64,000 nt of DNA from Alistipes sp. Its GTDB lineage: Bacteria; Bacteroidota; Bacteroidia; Bacteroidales; Rikenellaceae. The stretch lies in assembly GCA_017398045.1 (NCBI GenBank), contig JAFQHI010000026.1:99513-163512 (forward strand). The letters are read 5' to 3'. A model generated the notes under the pieces. That model searched no databases. It saw only the letters and a program-made list of their open reading frames with translations, and was not told the DNA's origin. Position numbers and translations under genes: made by a program. How positions within the stretch are numbered: position 1 is the first letter of the stretch; each line of letters begins with the position of its first letter. Shown piece after piece: positions 1-8,846 of this stretch.

Positions 1-1235
1 AGGGTCGGGAATTTGACATCGACCGCCTCGTTGTTGTCGTTCACCACAATCGTGTAGGGCGTCGTCGAGTGCAGGTCGATGCGATGCCCCTCGCGCGTAG
101 GCTCGTTGTATTTGGTGATGAGCATACGGCGCATCTCGTCGGGGGTCATCTGCATCTCGGCCACACGCGACGAGAAGGGTTCGAGGTCATATACGGCTGC
201 CGTGCCGACTCCGCCCATGGCCAACGTGTCGAGTCTTACGCCGCCAATGTGGTAGAAGCCCACTTCGGCACCTGTCGGGCGTTTCATCAACTCCACGAAC
301 CAGTTGGCCAACCCCTCTTTCGTTGCCAACGCCGTTAGGTGGCCAATCGGACGATTCAGCTCCTCGTCGGCATAGTAGCGATTCACCGCCTCGAGACAGG
401 CCGAGTCGGGTGCATAAGCCGTCGTCAGGATATTTTCATAGGCCACCGAGACCACTTTGCGCCCTTTTAGGCGAATGGTCGTGGCACCCACGTTGCGCAG
501 GTCTTTGTAGGTCTGGCCGAGTTGCGTGCCACACACCACCGTGTCGAGGTATTCGTGCGTGTGGGCGCTGACAACCAAATCGTAGCGGTTTTCGCGTGCG
601 AGCAGTTCGTAGTCGCGGTCGTGGCCCATGTGCGAAAGCAGAATCAGCACATCCACCTGATGGCGCAGGGCATCGGCTGCTCGAACGGCCGCCTCCTGTG
701 GGTCGCTGAAACGCAACCCGACGTAGCTCGATTTGTTTCCGGCCGGTGTTCCCTGCCCCTCGTAGTTGGTCACCACGCCCACCAGACCGATTTTCACGCC
801 GTCGCGCTCGACGATGTGCCACGGGGCCACCGGCTGAAAGGTCGCGGTGTCGCTTTCGATATTGGCGCAAACCACCTCAAAACGGCACAGCGAATCCAGT
901 ATGCCTCCCAGATGGGCCTGTCCGAAGTCGAACTCATGGTTGCCGAGCGTCACCACATCGTAGCCTATCTCGTTCATCAGCTCTATCATGGGGCGTCCCG
1001 GCAGTTGCACGCGGTCCACATAGGCGTTGCCCGTCCAGCGGTCACCGGCATCGACCAGCAGCACCTGCTCCACCGTGTCGCGGCAGGCCTTGACGGCGGC
1101 CGTCAGATGGGGGAAGCGTTGAATCTTGCCGTGCATATCGTTGGTCGAAAGAATGACGAGCGTGCGCTCGCGAGGCGTGCAGGCCGAAATCATCAGCACT
1201 ACGGCCGCGAAAAGGGTATAAATGCAATTTTTCAT
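1..1235 (-). CDS. 5'-nucleotidase/bifunctional metallophosphatase lipoprotein; 3' end runs off the window
   Basis: Translated by hand from ATG at 1235: MKNCIYTLFAAVVLMISACTPRERTLVILSTNDMHG...LLVDAGDRWTGNAYVD. Calcineurin-like DxH and GD motifs plus lipobox ISAC. Not in the ORF track because it is truncated. Confidence 0.85.
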   Translation of the reverse strand, partial: MKNCIYTLFAAVVLMISACTPRERTLVILSTNDMHGKIQRFPHLTAAVKACRDTVEQVLLVDAGDRWTGNAYVDRVQLPGRPMIELMNEIGYDVVTLGNHEFDFGQAHLGGILDSLCRFEVVCANIESDTATFQPVAPWHIVERDGVKIGLVGVVTNYEGQGTPAGNKSSYVGLRFSDPQEAAVRAADALRHQVDVLILLSHMGHDRDYELLARENRYDLVVSAHTHEYLDTVVCGTQLGQTYKDLRNVGATTIRLKGRKVVSVAYENILTTAYAPDSACLEAVNRYYADEELNRPIGHLTALATKEGLANWFVELMKRPTGAEVGFYHIGGVRLDTLAMGGVGTAAVYDLEPFSSRVAEMQMTPDEMRRMLITKYNEPTREGHRIDLHSTTPYTIVVNDNNEAVDVKFPT

Positions 1236-1321
1236 GGTCAAAAAGAATCGTTTGTGGTGCTTTTCTTGGCAAAATTAAAAACATTTTCTAACTTTAGCTC
1301 ACTTTATAACAAGATTTCACC

Positions 1322-2992
1322 ATGAATGATTCGATTCGCGTGTTGTGCGAGAACAATGGCTGCACATGGCAGGTCGAGATGGGAACCCCGCTCTCGGAAT
1401 TGATGTCGCGCCTCGAAACACCACCGCACCCCTTCTTGGCAGCGATGGTCAATAACCGCATCAAAGAGCTGTCATACCGCATCTATACCCCCGTTACGGT
1501 TCGTTTTATCGATGCCACGTCGTTTACGGGCATCCGCGTCCTGCAACGCACCGCCTGGTTTATTCTCCAGATGGCCGTGGGGCGTCTGTATCCCGGGCGC
1601 AAACTCTACATTCGCCACTCGATGGGGCAAAGCGGCTTCTACTGCGAGATTGAGGGGCTGGAGTCCCTCTCCACGGAGCAGACCTGCACGCTGGCCGAAG
1701 AGCTGGGGCGCATTGTGGAGGCAGACCTGCCGATTCGCCGCCAAAAACTCCCTACGACGGAGGTGCGCGAGCGTTATGCCGCACGGGGATTTGACGATAA
1801 GATTGAACTGCTCGAGAGCTGTCCGCGCCTCTATAGCGACCTCTATACGATGGGGGAGGAGATAGGCTACTTCTATGGTGCGCTGGCCCCCTCGTCGGGC
1901 TATCTGAACCACTTTTGTCTGCGCCCCTACTACAAGGGATTCTATATCGGTCTGCCGTTGCGAACCAACCCCGAGGAGGTGAGTTGCGAGTTGCATCAGG
2001 CGAAAATGGCCGATGTCTTCCGCGAGTATCAGTCGTGGGTCGATATGATGGGACTTCCCACCATCGGAGCCATCAACCGCCGCATCCGCGAGGGGCAGGC
2101 CGGAGCCATGATTAAGGTGGCCGAGGCGTTCCACGAGCGCAAGTTCGCATGGATTGCCGACCGCATCTACGAGGCCAATCGCCAGCACGGCACCCGTCTG
2201 GTGCTGATTTCCGGCCCCTCGTCGAGTGGCAAGACCACCTCGTCGAAACGCTTGAGCATCCAGCTCGGTGTGCTGGGGCTGAAGCCGGTGATGCTCTCGC
2301 TCGACGACTACTTTGTGGACCGCGACAAGACGCCGCTCGACGAGCATGGCGAGTATGATTTCGAGGCCCTGGAGGCCATCGATTTGGACCTCTTCAACGA
2401 CCACCTCAAACGCCTCATGCGGGGCGAGGCGGTCGAGATTCCGCGCTACGACTTCATCACCGGCCGTCGGCAGTGGCACGAAAAACCGCTGCAACTCGAC
2501 GACCGTTCGATACTCGTTATCGAGGGTATTCACGGCCTGAATCCGCGCCTGACGCCCTCGATTCCCACCCATCAGAAGTTCCGCATCTACATCTCGTGCC
2601 TGACGTCGGTGGCGATGGACAACCTCACGCGCATCTCGACGACCGATAACCGTATGTTGCGCCGCCTGATTCGTGATTACCGCACCCGTGGAGCCGATGC
2701 CCTCTCGACCTTAAAGCGATTCCCCTCGGTGCGTCGTGGCGAGGAGAAGCATATCTTCCCCTACCAGGAGGAGGCCGATGTGATGCTCAATTCGTCGCTC
2801 TTCTACGAACTTTCGGTGCTGAAACCCTTTGCCGAGAAGATTCTGCGCGAGGTCCCCGATACGGTCCCCGAATACAATGAGGCGAAGCGGATGCTGAAAT
2901 TCCTCGACAACTTCGTCCCCTGTCCCGACGAGGAGATTCCCCATACGTCGGTCTTGCGCGAATTTATCGGCGGAAGCACCTTCAAATATTAA
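1322..2992 (+). CDS. udk: Nucleoside/uridine kinase-family protein with N-terminal TGS and ThrRS-like domains
   Basis: P-loop ISGPSSSGKTT, LSLDDYF, VIEGIHGLN, and a ThrRS-N-like region (RHSMGQSGFYCE). Confidence 0.8.
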   Translation: MNDSIRVLCENNGCTWQVEMGTPLSELMSRLETPPHPFLAAMVNNRIKELSYRIYTPVTVRFIDATSFTGIRVLQRTAWFILQMAVGRLYPGRKLYIRHSMGQSGFYCEIEGLESLSTEQTCTLAEELGRIVEADLPIRRQKLPTTEVRERYAARGFDDKIELLESCPRLYSDLYTMGEEIGYFYGALAPSSGYLNHFCLRPYYKGFYIGLPLRTNPEEVSCELHQAKMADVFREYQSWVDMMGLPTIGAINRRIREGQAGAMIKVAEAFHERKFAWIADRIYEANRQHGTRLVLISGPSSSGKTTSSKRLSIQLGVLGLKPVMLSLDDYFVDRDKTPLDEHGEYDFEALEAIDLDLFNDHLKRLMRGEAVEIPRYDFITGRRQWHEKPLQLDDRSILVIEGIHGLNPRLTPSIPTHQKFRIYISCLTSVAMDNLTRISTTDNRMLRRLIRDYRTRGADALSTLKRFPSVRRGEEKHIFPYQEEADVMLNSSLFYELSVLKPFAEKILREVPDTVPEYNEAKRMLKFLDNFVPCPDEEIPHTSVLREFIGGSTFKY

Positions 2993-3024
2993 TTCAAAAT
3001 TTAGAATTTAGAATTCAAAATTAA
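2991..3024. repeat. Heptamer tandem array (AATT[CT]A[AG]) x~5
   Basis: aattcaa aatttag aatttag aattcaa aattaa, directly after the kinase stop codon. Confidence 0.75.
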
Positions 3025-3027
3025 GCG

Positions 3028-3035
3028 TATATTTG
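3028..3035 (+). promoter_or_regulatory. Bacteroidetes -7 promoter element for gcvP
   Basis: TATATTTG matches TAnnTTTG, ~45 nt upstream of the ATG. Confidence 0.55.
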
Positions 3036-3079
3036 TAAGACGGGAAAAAACAAATAACAACATAAAACACACAACCACC

Positions 3080-5902
3080 ATGTTTGATCAATTCGCTTCG
3101 CGCCACATTGGCGTAACGAATCCCGAGGAGCTGCAAGAGATGCTCTCGGTTATCGGTGTCAAGAGCGTGGATGAACTCGTTGCACAGGTCATCCCGCAAT
3201 CGATTCGCCTGAAGAAACCGCTCGCCCTCGATAAGGGGATGAGCGAGTATGAATTTGCGGCCCACATCCGCGCCCTGGCCGAGCGTAACCGTCAGTTGCG
3301 TTCGTTTATCGGCATGGGTTACTATCCTACGGCCGTGCCGGCAGCCGTCGTGCGCAATGTCTTCGAGAACCCCGCATGGTACACCTCCTACACCCCCTAT
3401 CAGGCCGAGATTTCGCAGGGCCGTCTGGAGGCACTGCTCAACTACCAAACGGCCATTATCTCGCTCACGGGCATGGAGATTGGCAACTGCTCGCTGCTGG
3501 ACGAGGGTACGGCCACGGCCGAGGCGATGCTGATGATGTTTGCCCTCCGCTCGCGCGAGGCGGTCAAGGAGGGGCGTAATCAACTCTTCGTCGATAGAAA
3601 CCTCTTCCCCCAGACGCTCGATGTGCTGCTGACGCGCAGCGAGCCGTTCGGTATCGAACTCATTATCGACGAGTGGGACGAGTACACCTTTACGGGCAAG
3701 GAGTTTGGTGCCATCGTGCAGTATCCGGCTGCCGATGGTAAGGTGTGCGACTATGCCGACTTTACGGCCAAGGCCCATGAAAAGGGCGTGTTGGTCACGG
3801 CCGTTGCCGACCTCCTTTCGTTGGCACTTTTGAAGGCCCCGGGCGAGTGGGGTGCCGATATCGTTACCGGTTCGACCCAGCGTCTGGGTACGCCGATGGG
3901 CTTCGGTGGTCCGCACGCCGGTTATATGACTACGCGCGAGCAGTATAAGCGTAATATGCCGGGACGCATCATCGGTGTGTCGGTGGACCGTCGTGGCAAG
4001 CGCGCCCTGCGCATGGCACTCCAGATGCGTGAGCAGCACATCAAGCGCGAGCGTGCCACCTCGAACATCTGTACCGCCTCGGCCCTGATGGCCTCGATGG
4101 TCGGTTTCTACTGCATCTACAACGGCCCCGAGGGGCTGCGACGTGCCGCCATGACGGCGCATCGTGCCGCCTGCAATACGGCGCGTGCGCTGGAGGCGAT
4201 GGGCTATAAATTGACCAACAATACGTTCTTCGACACGCTCGATGTGGAGGCCGAAGCCTCGGTGATTCAGTCGATTGCGCTTGAGGAGGGTATCAACTTC
4301 TACTATCCGAGCGATGAGCGTGTGCGCCTCTCGTTTGACGAGGTGACGACCGACGAGGAGGTGGAGGCCGTGATTCGCATCTTCTCGACCGCCAAGGGCA
4401 AGAAGGCGAAGGCCGTGAAGGGGAATGCCGAGTCGGTGATTCCCGCTTCGCTTGTGCGCACGAGTGGCTACCTCGAAGAGCCTGTCTTCAACCGCTACCG
4501 CTCCGAGAGTGCGCTGATGCGCTACATCAAAAAGCTGGAGCATCGCGACATCTCGCTGGCCGATTCGATGATTTCGCTCGGTTCGTGTACGATGAAGCTC
4601 AACGCTGCCGCCCTGATGCAGCCCCTTTCGCTCAGTGGTTTCCAGAACATCCACCCCTTTGCTCCGGCCGACCAGACGGAGGGTTACACGGAGCTGATTG
4701 CAGAGCTGGAGCGTGACCTCTCGACCATCACGGGCTTTGCCGCCTGCTCGTTGCAACCCAACTCGGGTGCCGCAGGCGAGTACACGGGCTTGATGGTGAT
4801 TCGCGCCTACCACCAGAGCCGCGGTCAGGGCTACCGCAACATCGTCCTGATTCCCGCCTCGGCACACGGTACGAATCCCGCCTCGGCAGCGATGGCCGGT
4901 ATGAAGATTGTCACCGTGGCCTGCGACGCGCATGGTAATATCGATGTGGAGGATTTGAAAAAGAAGGCCGAGGAGTACAGCTCGGAGCTGTGTGGCCTGA
5001 TGGTGACCTATCCCTCGACCCACGGTGTATTCGAGGGAGGAATCCGCGAGATTGTCGATGCCGTACACGATGCCGGTGGTATGGTCTATATGGATGGTGC
5101 CAACATGAATGCCCAGGTGGGTCTTACCAATCCGGGCTACATCGGTGCCGACGTCTGCCACCTGAACCTGCATAAGACCTTTGCCATGCCCCACGGTGGT
5201 GGCGGTCCGGGTGTAGGTCCGATTTGTGTGACGGAGGCCCTGAAACCCTTCCTCCCCTCGCACCCGATTGTGGCGACGGGCGGTGAAGAGGGTATTACGG
5301 CTGTCAGCTCCTCGCCTTGGGGGTCGGCACTGCTGCTCCCGATTACCTATGGTTATATTAAGATGCTCGGTGAGGAGGGGCTGAAGAGGGCGACCGAGAT
5401 GGCCATTGTCAATGCCAACTACATGGCTTCGGCCCTCGCATCGGAGTATCGCACCTTCTACACGGGCCAGACGGGTCGTGTGGCGCACGAGATGATTCTC
5501 GATTTGACCCACTTCAAGAAGGAGTACAACATCGACTGCGGCGACATTGCCCACCGCCTGATGGACTACGGATTCCACGCCCCGACCCTCTCGTTCCCCG
5601 TGCATGAGACCTTGATGGTCGAGCCTACGGAGTCGGAGCCGAAGGAGGAGATGGACCGTTTCATCCAGACCATGATCCGCATCAAGCGCGAGTGTGAGGC
5701 CGCTGTGGGTCAGGAGGATAACGTGGTGAAGATGGCTCCTCATACGGCCGAAGAGCTGTGTGGCGAGTGGTCGCACCCCTACACGCGCGAAGAGGCCGCC
5801 TTCCCGCTCGATTGGGTACGTGAGGCGAAGTTCTTCCCCTACGTGTCGAAAATCGACAACGGCTACGGTGATAGAAATCTCTGCTGTGTGAACCAGGGGT
5901 AG
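3080..5902 (+). CDS. gcvP: Glycine dehydrogenase (decarboxylating), glycine cleavage P protein
   Basis: WYTSYTPYQAEISQGRLE, SLGSCTMKLNA, HLNLHKTF (PLP lysine), PHGGGGPGVGP. Confidence 0.97.
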   Translation: MFDQFASRHIGVTNPEELQEMLSVIGVKSVDELVAQVIPQSIRLKKPLALDKGMSEYEFAAHIRALAERNRQLRSFIGMGYYPTAVPAAVVRNVFENPAWYTSYTPYQAEISQGRLEALLNYQTAIISLTGMEIGNCSLLDEGTATAEAMLMMFALRSREAVKEGRNQLFVDRNLFPQTLDVLLTRSEPFGIELIIDEWDEYTFTGKEFGAIVQYPAADGKVCDYADFTAKAHEKGVLVTAVADLLSLALLKAPGEWGADIVTGSTQRLGTPMGFGGPHAGYMTTREQYKRNMPGRIIGVSVDRRGKRALRMALQMREQHIKRERATSNICTASALMASMVGFYCIYNGPEGLRRAAMTAHRAACNTARALEAMGYKLTNNTFFDTLDVEAEASVIQSIALEEGINFYYPSDERVRLSFDEVTTDEEVEAVIRIFSTAKGKKAKAVKGNAESVIPASLVRTSGYLEEPVFNRYRSESALMRYIKKLEHRDISLADSMISLGSCTMKLNAAALMQPLSLSGFQNIHPFAPADQTEGYTELIAELERDLSTITGFAACSLQPNSGAAGEYTGLMVIRAYHQSRGQGYRNIVLIPASAHGTNPASAAMAGMKIVTVACDAHGNIDVEDLKKKAEEYSSELCGLMVTYPSTHGVFEGGIREIVDAVHDAGGMVYMDGANMNAQVGLTNPGYIGADVCHLNLHKTFAMPHGGGGPGVGPICVTEALKPFLPSHPIVATGGEEGITAVSSSPWGSALLLPITYGYIKMLGEEGLKRATEMAIVNANYMASALASEYRTFYTGQTGRVAHEMILDLTHFKKEYNIDCGDIAHRLMDYGFHAPTLSFPVHETLMVEPTESEPKEEMDRFIQTMIRIKRECEAAVGQEDNVVKMAPHTAEELCGEWSHPYTREEAAFPLDWVREAKFFPYVSKIDNGYGDRNLCCVNQG

Positions 5903-5970
5903 GTCGTAACGACTTTCGGGCAACCGAAACAGAATAAAGGAGGGGACCCTCGGAGAGTCCCCTTAAAGAA

Positions 5971-6003
5971 AAGCAGGAGGAATAATTGGTATTCCTCCTG
6001 CTT
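5971..6003. terminator. Intrinsic terminator hairpin after gcvP, possibly bidirectional
   Basis: Perfect 14-bp stem aagcaggaggaata / tattcctcctgctt. Confidence 0.7.
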
Positions 6004-6014
6004 GTTGTTTATGC

Positions 6015-6124
6015 GTCAGGCTGTCCCTTTTGGGGCGGTGATAGCTTGTCACGACGGTGCTATTCGTCGGCTCTTTCGGTAGCTGCCTTATGCGAGGGAA
6101 AGCCCTTGCTACATCACCGCTGAC
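6015..6124. ncRNA. Candidate multi-branched structured RNA/ssDNA element
   Basis: Closing stem gcggtgat/atcaccgc encloses three hairpins (cgacg/cgtcg, ggc..gcc, gcgaggg/cccttgc). No known family recognised. Confidence 0.3.
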
Positions 6125-6161
6125 AAAAAAAGAGGGCGTCCGATTTGGACACCCTCTTTTT
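6125..6161 (-). terminator. Intrinsic terminator of the OmpA-like gene
   Basis: agaggg[c/t]gtcc stem with A/T runs on both sides, 20 nt past the stop codon. Confidence 0.75.
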
Positions 6162-6181
6162 GTATATCGCCTATTGGTCGA

Positions 6182-7372
6182 TTACTTAATCACAACCACG
6201 CGGTTGGCCTTGGCACCGTTGTAGGGGTTAGCCGTGTCACCGTAGCTGTCGTAGGTCAGCTGGTCGGGATTTACGCCCTTCGATACGAGGAAGTCGTAAG
6301 CCTTCTTGGCACGGGCAGCAGCGATGCGCTTGTTAACCTCGGCCGTACCGGTCTGCTTGTCAGCGTGACCCTCCAGTTTGTAAACGCGATCCGACGGACC
6401 GTTCTTAATCATGTCGGCCATCAGCTCGAGGCGCGTGCGCTCCTTCGACGAGAGGTCCGAAACGCCCAAATCGTAGAGGATTACCGACTGGAACGGGTTG
6501 TCCGACTTGTTCTTCAGAGCCTCCTTGGCCTTGGCAGCCTCGGCAGCGGCAGCAGCAGCGTCATCCTGGGCAGCCTTCAGTGCGTCCTGCGTATCCTTGA
6601 GCTGCTTGGCAAGCTTGGCCTTGTCGGCGTTAGCAGCGGCAGCAGCAGCGGCACCGGCAGCAACAGCGTCCTGGAAAGCCTTGATGTCGTCAGCCGTGTA
6701 GCCCGGAACACCACGCTCCCAATCGCGCTTGCCAAAGCGGTAAGCCAGACCGAGCGTTGCGCTGTAAATCTGCGAATACTCGCCACCAATCTCCTGGATG
6801 GGCATCGGCATATCCTTCGTGGCCGAGAGGACGGCACGCAGCTCGAGGTTCAGGTCGAAACGGGGCGACAGACGCACCGTGTTCAACAGACCGGCATCGA
6901 AAGCAAAGCCCGTGAAGTCCTGCTCATTCACATCCGTGATGTTTACACCGAAACCGGCGAAGAGCTTGGCATAGTAAACGCGGTCCTCGCGGTAGCCGCC
7001 AATCCAGTTCGAGAGGTTAACAACACCGTCGAAGTGGGGCATCAGGTAGTCCTGACCGAAGGCGTCACCCTTGCCGTTCGACATGTTGAGGCGACCGCCC
7101 CACATACCCAGACGGGCACCGACTACGGGGTTGAACCACTTCGTTACGCTACCCTCGAGTACCCAACCTACGTTGTCACCCGTGTTGGTCTGGTTGCGGA
7201 AACCGAGGTCGTTCCAGCCGACGTAGTTCATACCACCGCCGAGCGAAACCTCCCAGTTGTCCCAGAAGCCGTTGTTCACGAAGCCCTTGAACGAAGGCTT
7301 CTTGGCAACCTCCTGTGCGCCGGCCGTCAAAGCCATCAGGCCCAAGGCGCAGATAAGAAGAATCTTCTTCAT
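6182..7372 (-). CDS. OmpA-family outer membrane protein (Bacteroidetes barrel + Ala-rich coiled coil + OmpA C-terminal domain)
   Basis: Signal peptide; FWDNWEVSLGGG; C-terminal LEGHADKQTG...RIAAARA...NRVV. Confidence 0.88.
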   Translation of the reverse strand: MKKILLICALGLMALTAGAQEVAKKPSFKGFVNNGFWDNWEVSLGGGMNYVGWNDLGFRNQTNTGDNVGWVLEGSVTKWFNPVVGARLGMWGGRLNMSNGKGDAFGQDYLMPHFDGVVNLSNWIGGYREDRVYYAKLFAGFGVNITDVNEQDFTGFAFDAGLLNTVRLSPRFDLNLELRAVLSATKDMPMPIQEIGGEYSQIYSATLGLAYRFGKRDWERGVPGYTADDIKAFQDAVAAGAAAAAAANADKAKLAKQLKDTQDALKAAQDDAAAAAAEAAKAKEALKNKSDNPFQSVILYDLGVSDLSSKERTRLELMADMIKNGPSDRVYKLEGHADKQTGTAEVNKRIAAARAKKAYDFLVSKGVNPDQLTYDSYGDTANPYNGAKANRVVVIK

Positions 7373-7546
7373 AATAAATACTTGTTTAATTGTTTGCTTT
7401 TCGTCTCTGTTCTGTTCCGTCGCCCGCTTTTACAAAGCGTATAGCGACTCTCATTCGGCAAAAATAAGAAAAAAATACGATTCCGATGATGGTTTTTCGG
7501 AAAAAGTGACTTTTTATCGGTTATTTTCCCCTTTTTTGACCGCTTT

Positions 7547-8710
7547 TTAGCGAATTCGTACCGAACGATTGGTCTCTTGACGCGGGAAGGGATTCTCTTC
7601 ACCCATTCCCGCGTAGCTCAACACGTCGGGATTGACTCCCTGTTTTACGAGGAAATCATAGACCTCGCGGGCGCGCTCGGCAGCCAGACGCTCGTTCAAC
7701 GCCTTGGTACCGGTCTGCTTGTCGGCATAGCCCTCGAGCTTGTAGCGATTCTCCTGCGGGCCGCGCTTAATCATCTCGGCCACCTGCTCCAGGCGCAGTT
7801 GCTCCTGCTTGGTGAGGGTCGTGGAGCCAATCGAGAAGAGAATCAGCGTGCTTGCCTCCTTCTCCGCTACGCGGGGCTGTGCGGCCGCATCGGCGGCGGC
7901 AGCCTCGGCACGGGCGGCACGGTCACGCTCCTCTTGCAAGGCTCTCTTCAGGCGGGCATTCTCCTCCTCGGCGGCCTTCAGGGCCTCGGCACTCTTGTCG
8001 GCAGCCTGGCGGTAAACAGCCAAATCCTCGGCCGTGTAGGCGATATCCTCCACGCGGTCCCACCCACGGCGACCAAATCGATAGGCGAAGCCTGCCGTGG
8101 CACTTAAGCCCCACGTGCTGCGCTCCTTCAGTTCGATGGGGAGGATGGAGGTGTTGGTAAGCCAGCTCTTCATCTCGATGTGGAAATCGACCGCGGGCGA
8201 GAGGCGGAACTTATGCAAAAGACCTGCCGTGAGGGCGAAATCCTGCAACGTGCCGCGACCGGTCTTGGCCTGCGACTTGTCGGTAAAGTTGGCCCAAATC
8301 GAACCTGCGCCTGCAAAGGGAATGAGGTAGTAGGCGCGGTCCTCGCGGTAACCGCCTACAAGGTTCGAGAAGTTAATCAGCACATCACCGTGGGCAAAGA
8401 GGTAGGGCCAACGCTCGCGCCCCAACTCGAGGTCGTAGTTCGAGAGACGGCCACCCTGCAATTGGGCGCGAAGACCCACTACGGGGCTGACCCACTTGAC
8501 AATCGAGAAGTTGCCCTCGAAGCCGAGCTTCTGCCCGAAGGCGCCATTGCCCGTGCCGCGTTCGGTGTGCATACCGGCACCCATGCCTGCCGATAGCTCC
8601 CAATTATCCCAGAAGCTGCCCTCCACGACACGCTTGCCGTGGTCTTGCTCCTGCGCCGATGCCGTAACCGCGATGAGCGTTGCGGCCAAAAGAAGGAAAA
8701 ATTGCTTCAT
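7547..8710 (-). CDS. OmpA-family outer membrane protein, paralogue of the adjacent gene
   Basis: FWDNWELSAGMG, GGYREDRAYY, LEGYADKQTG...ERA...NRSV. Confidence 0.88.
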   Translation of the reverse strand: MKQFFLLLAATLIAVTASAQEQDHGKRVVEGSFWDNWELSAGMGAGMHTERGTGNGAFGQKLGFEGNFSIVKWVSPVVGLRAQLQGGRLSNYDLELGRERWPYLFAHGDVLINFSNLVGGYREDRAYYLIPFAGAGSIWANFTDKSQAKTGRGTLQDFALTAGLLHKFRLSPAVDFHIEMKSWLTNTSILPIELKERSTWGLSATAGFAYRFGRRGWDRVEDIAYTAEDLAVYRQAADKSAEALKAAEEENARLKRALQEERDRAARAEAAAADAAAQPRVAEKEASTLILFSIGSTTLTKQEQLRLEQVAEMIKRGPQENRYKLEGYADKQTGTKALNERLAAERAREVYDFLVKQGVNPDVLSYAGMGEENPFPRQETNRSVRIR

Positions 8711-8792
8711 ATCTTGTGTGTAGATTTTTATTCTAATCTACAAATGTAAGAAAAGAATTTCAAAATGAAAAATATGGGCCTGAAAATCGCAC

Positions 8793-8832
8793 AAAAAAAG
8801 GGGGTCGTGGCGAACCACAACCCCCTCTTTTT
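8793..8832 (-). terminator. Intrinsic terminator after nrdJ
   Basis: aggggg..ccccct stem with A/T tails. Confidence 0.6.
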
Positions 8833-8846
8833 CATTCCGAAAGGCA

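Noticed and set aside
2993-3079. Glycine riboswitch upstream of gcvP
   Set aside because: The region is only ~85 nt, AT-rich, and lacks the aptamer motifs.
3008-5923. 971-aa minus-strand ORF, and similar long antisense ORFs (9021-11438, 45724-48516, 49006-51372, 51824-53119, 56849-60766, 60763-63873)
   Set aside because: Shadow frames opposite clearly identified genes, expected from GC-rich codon bias; no recognisable motifs.
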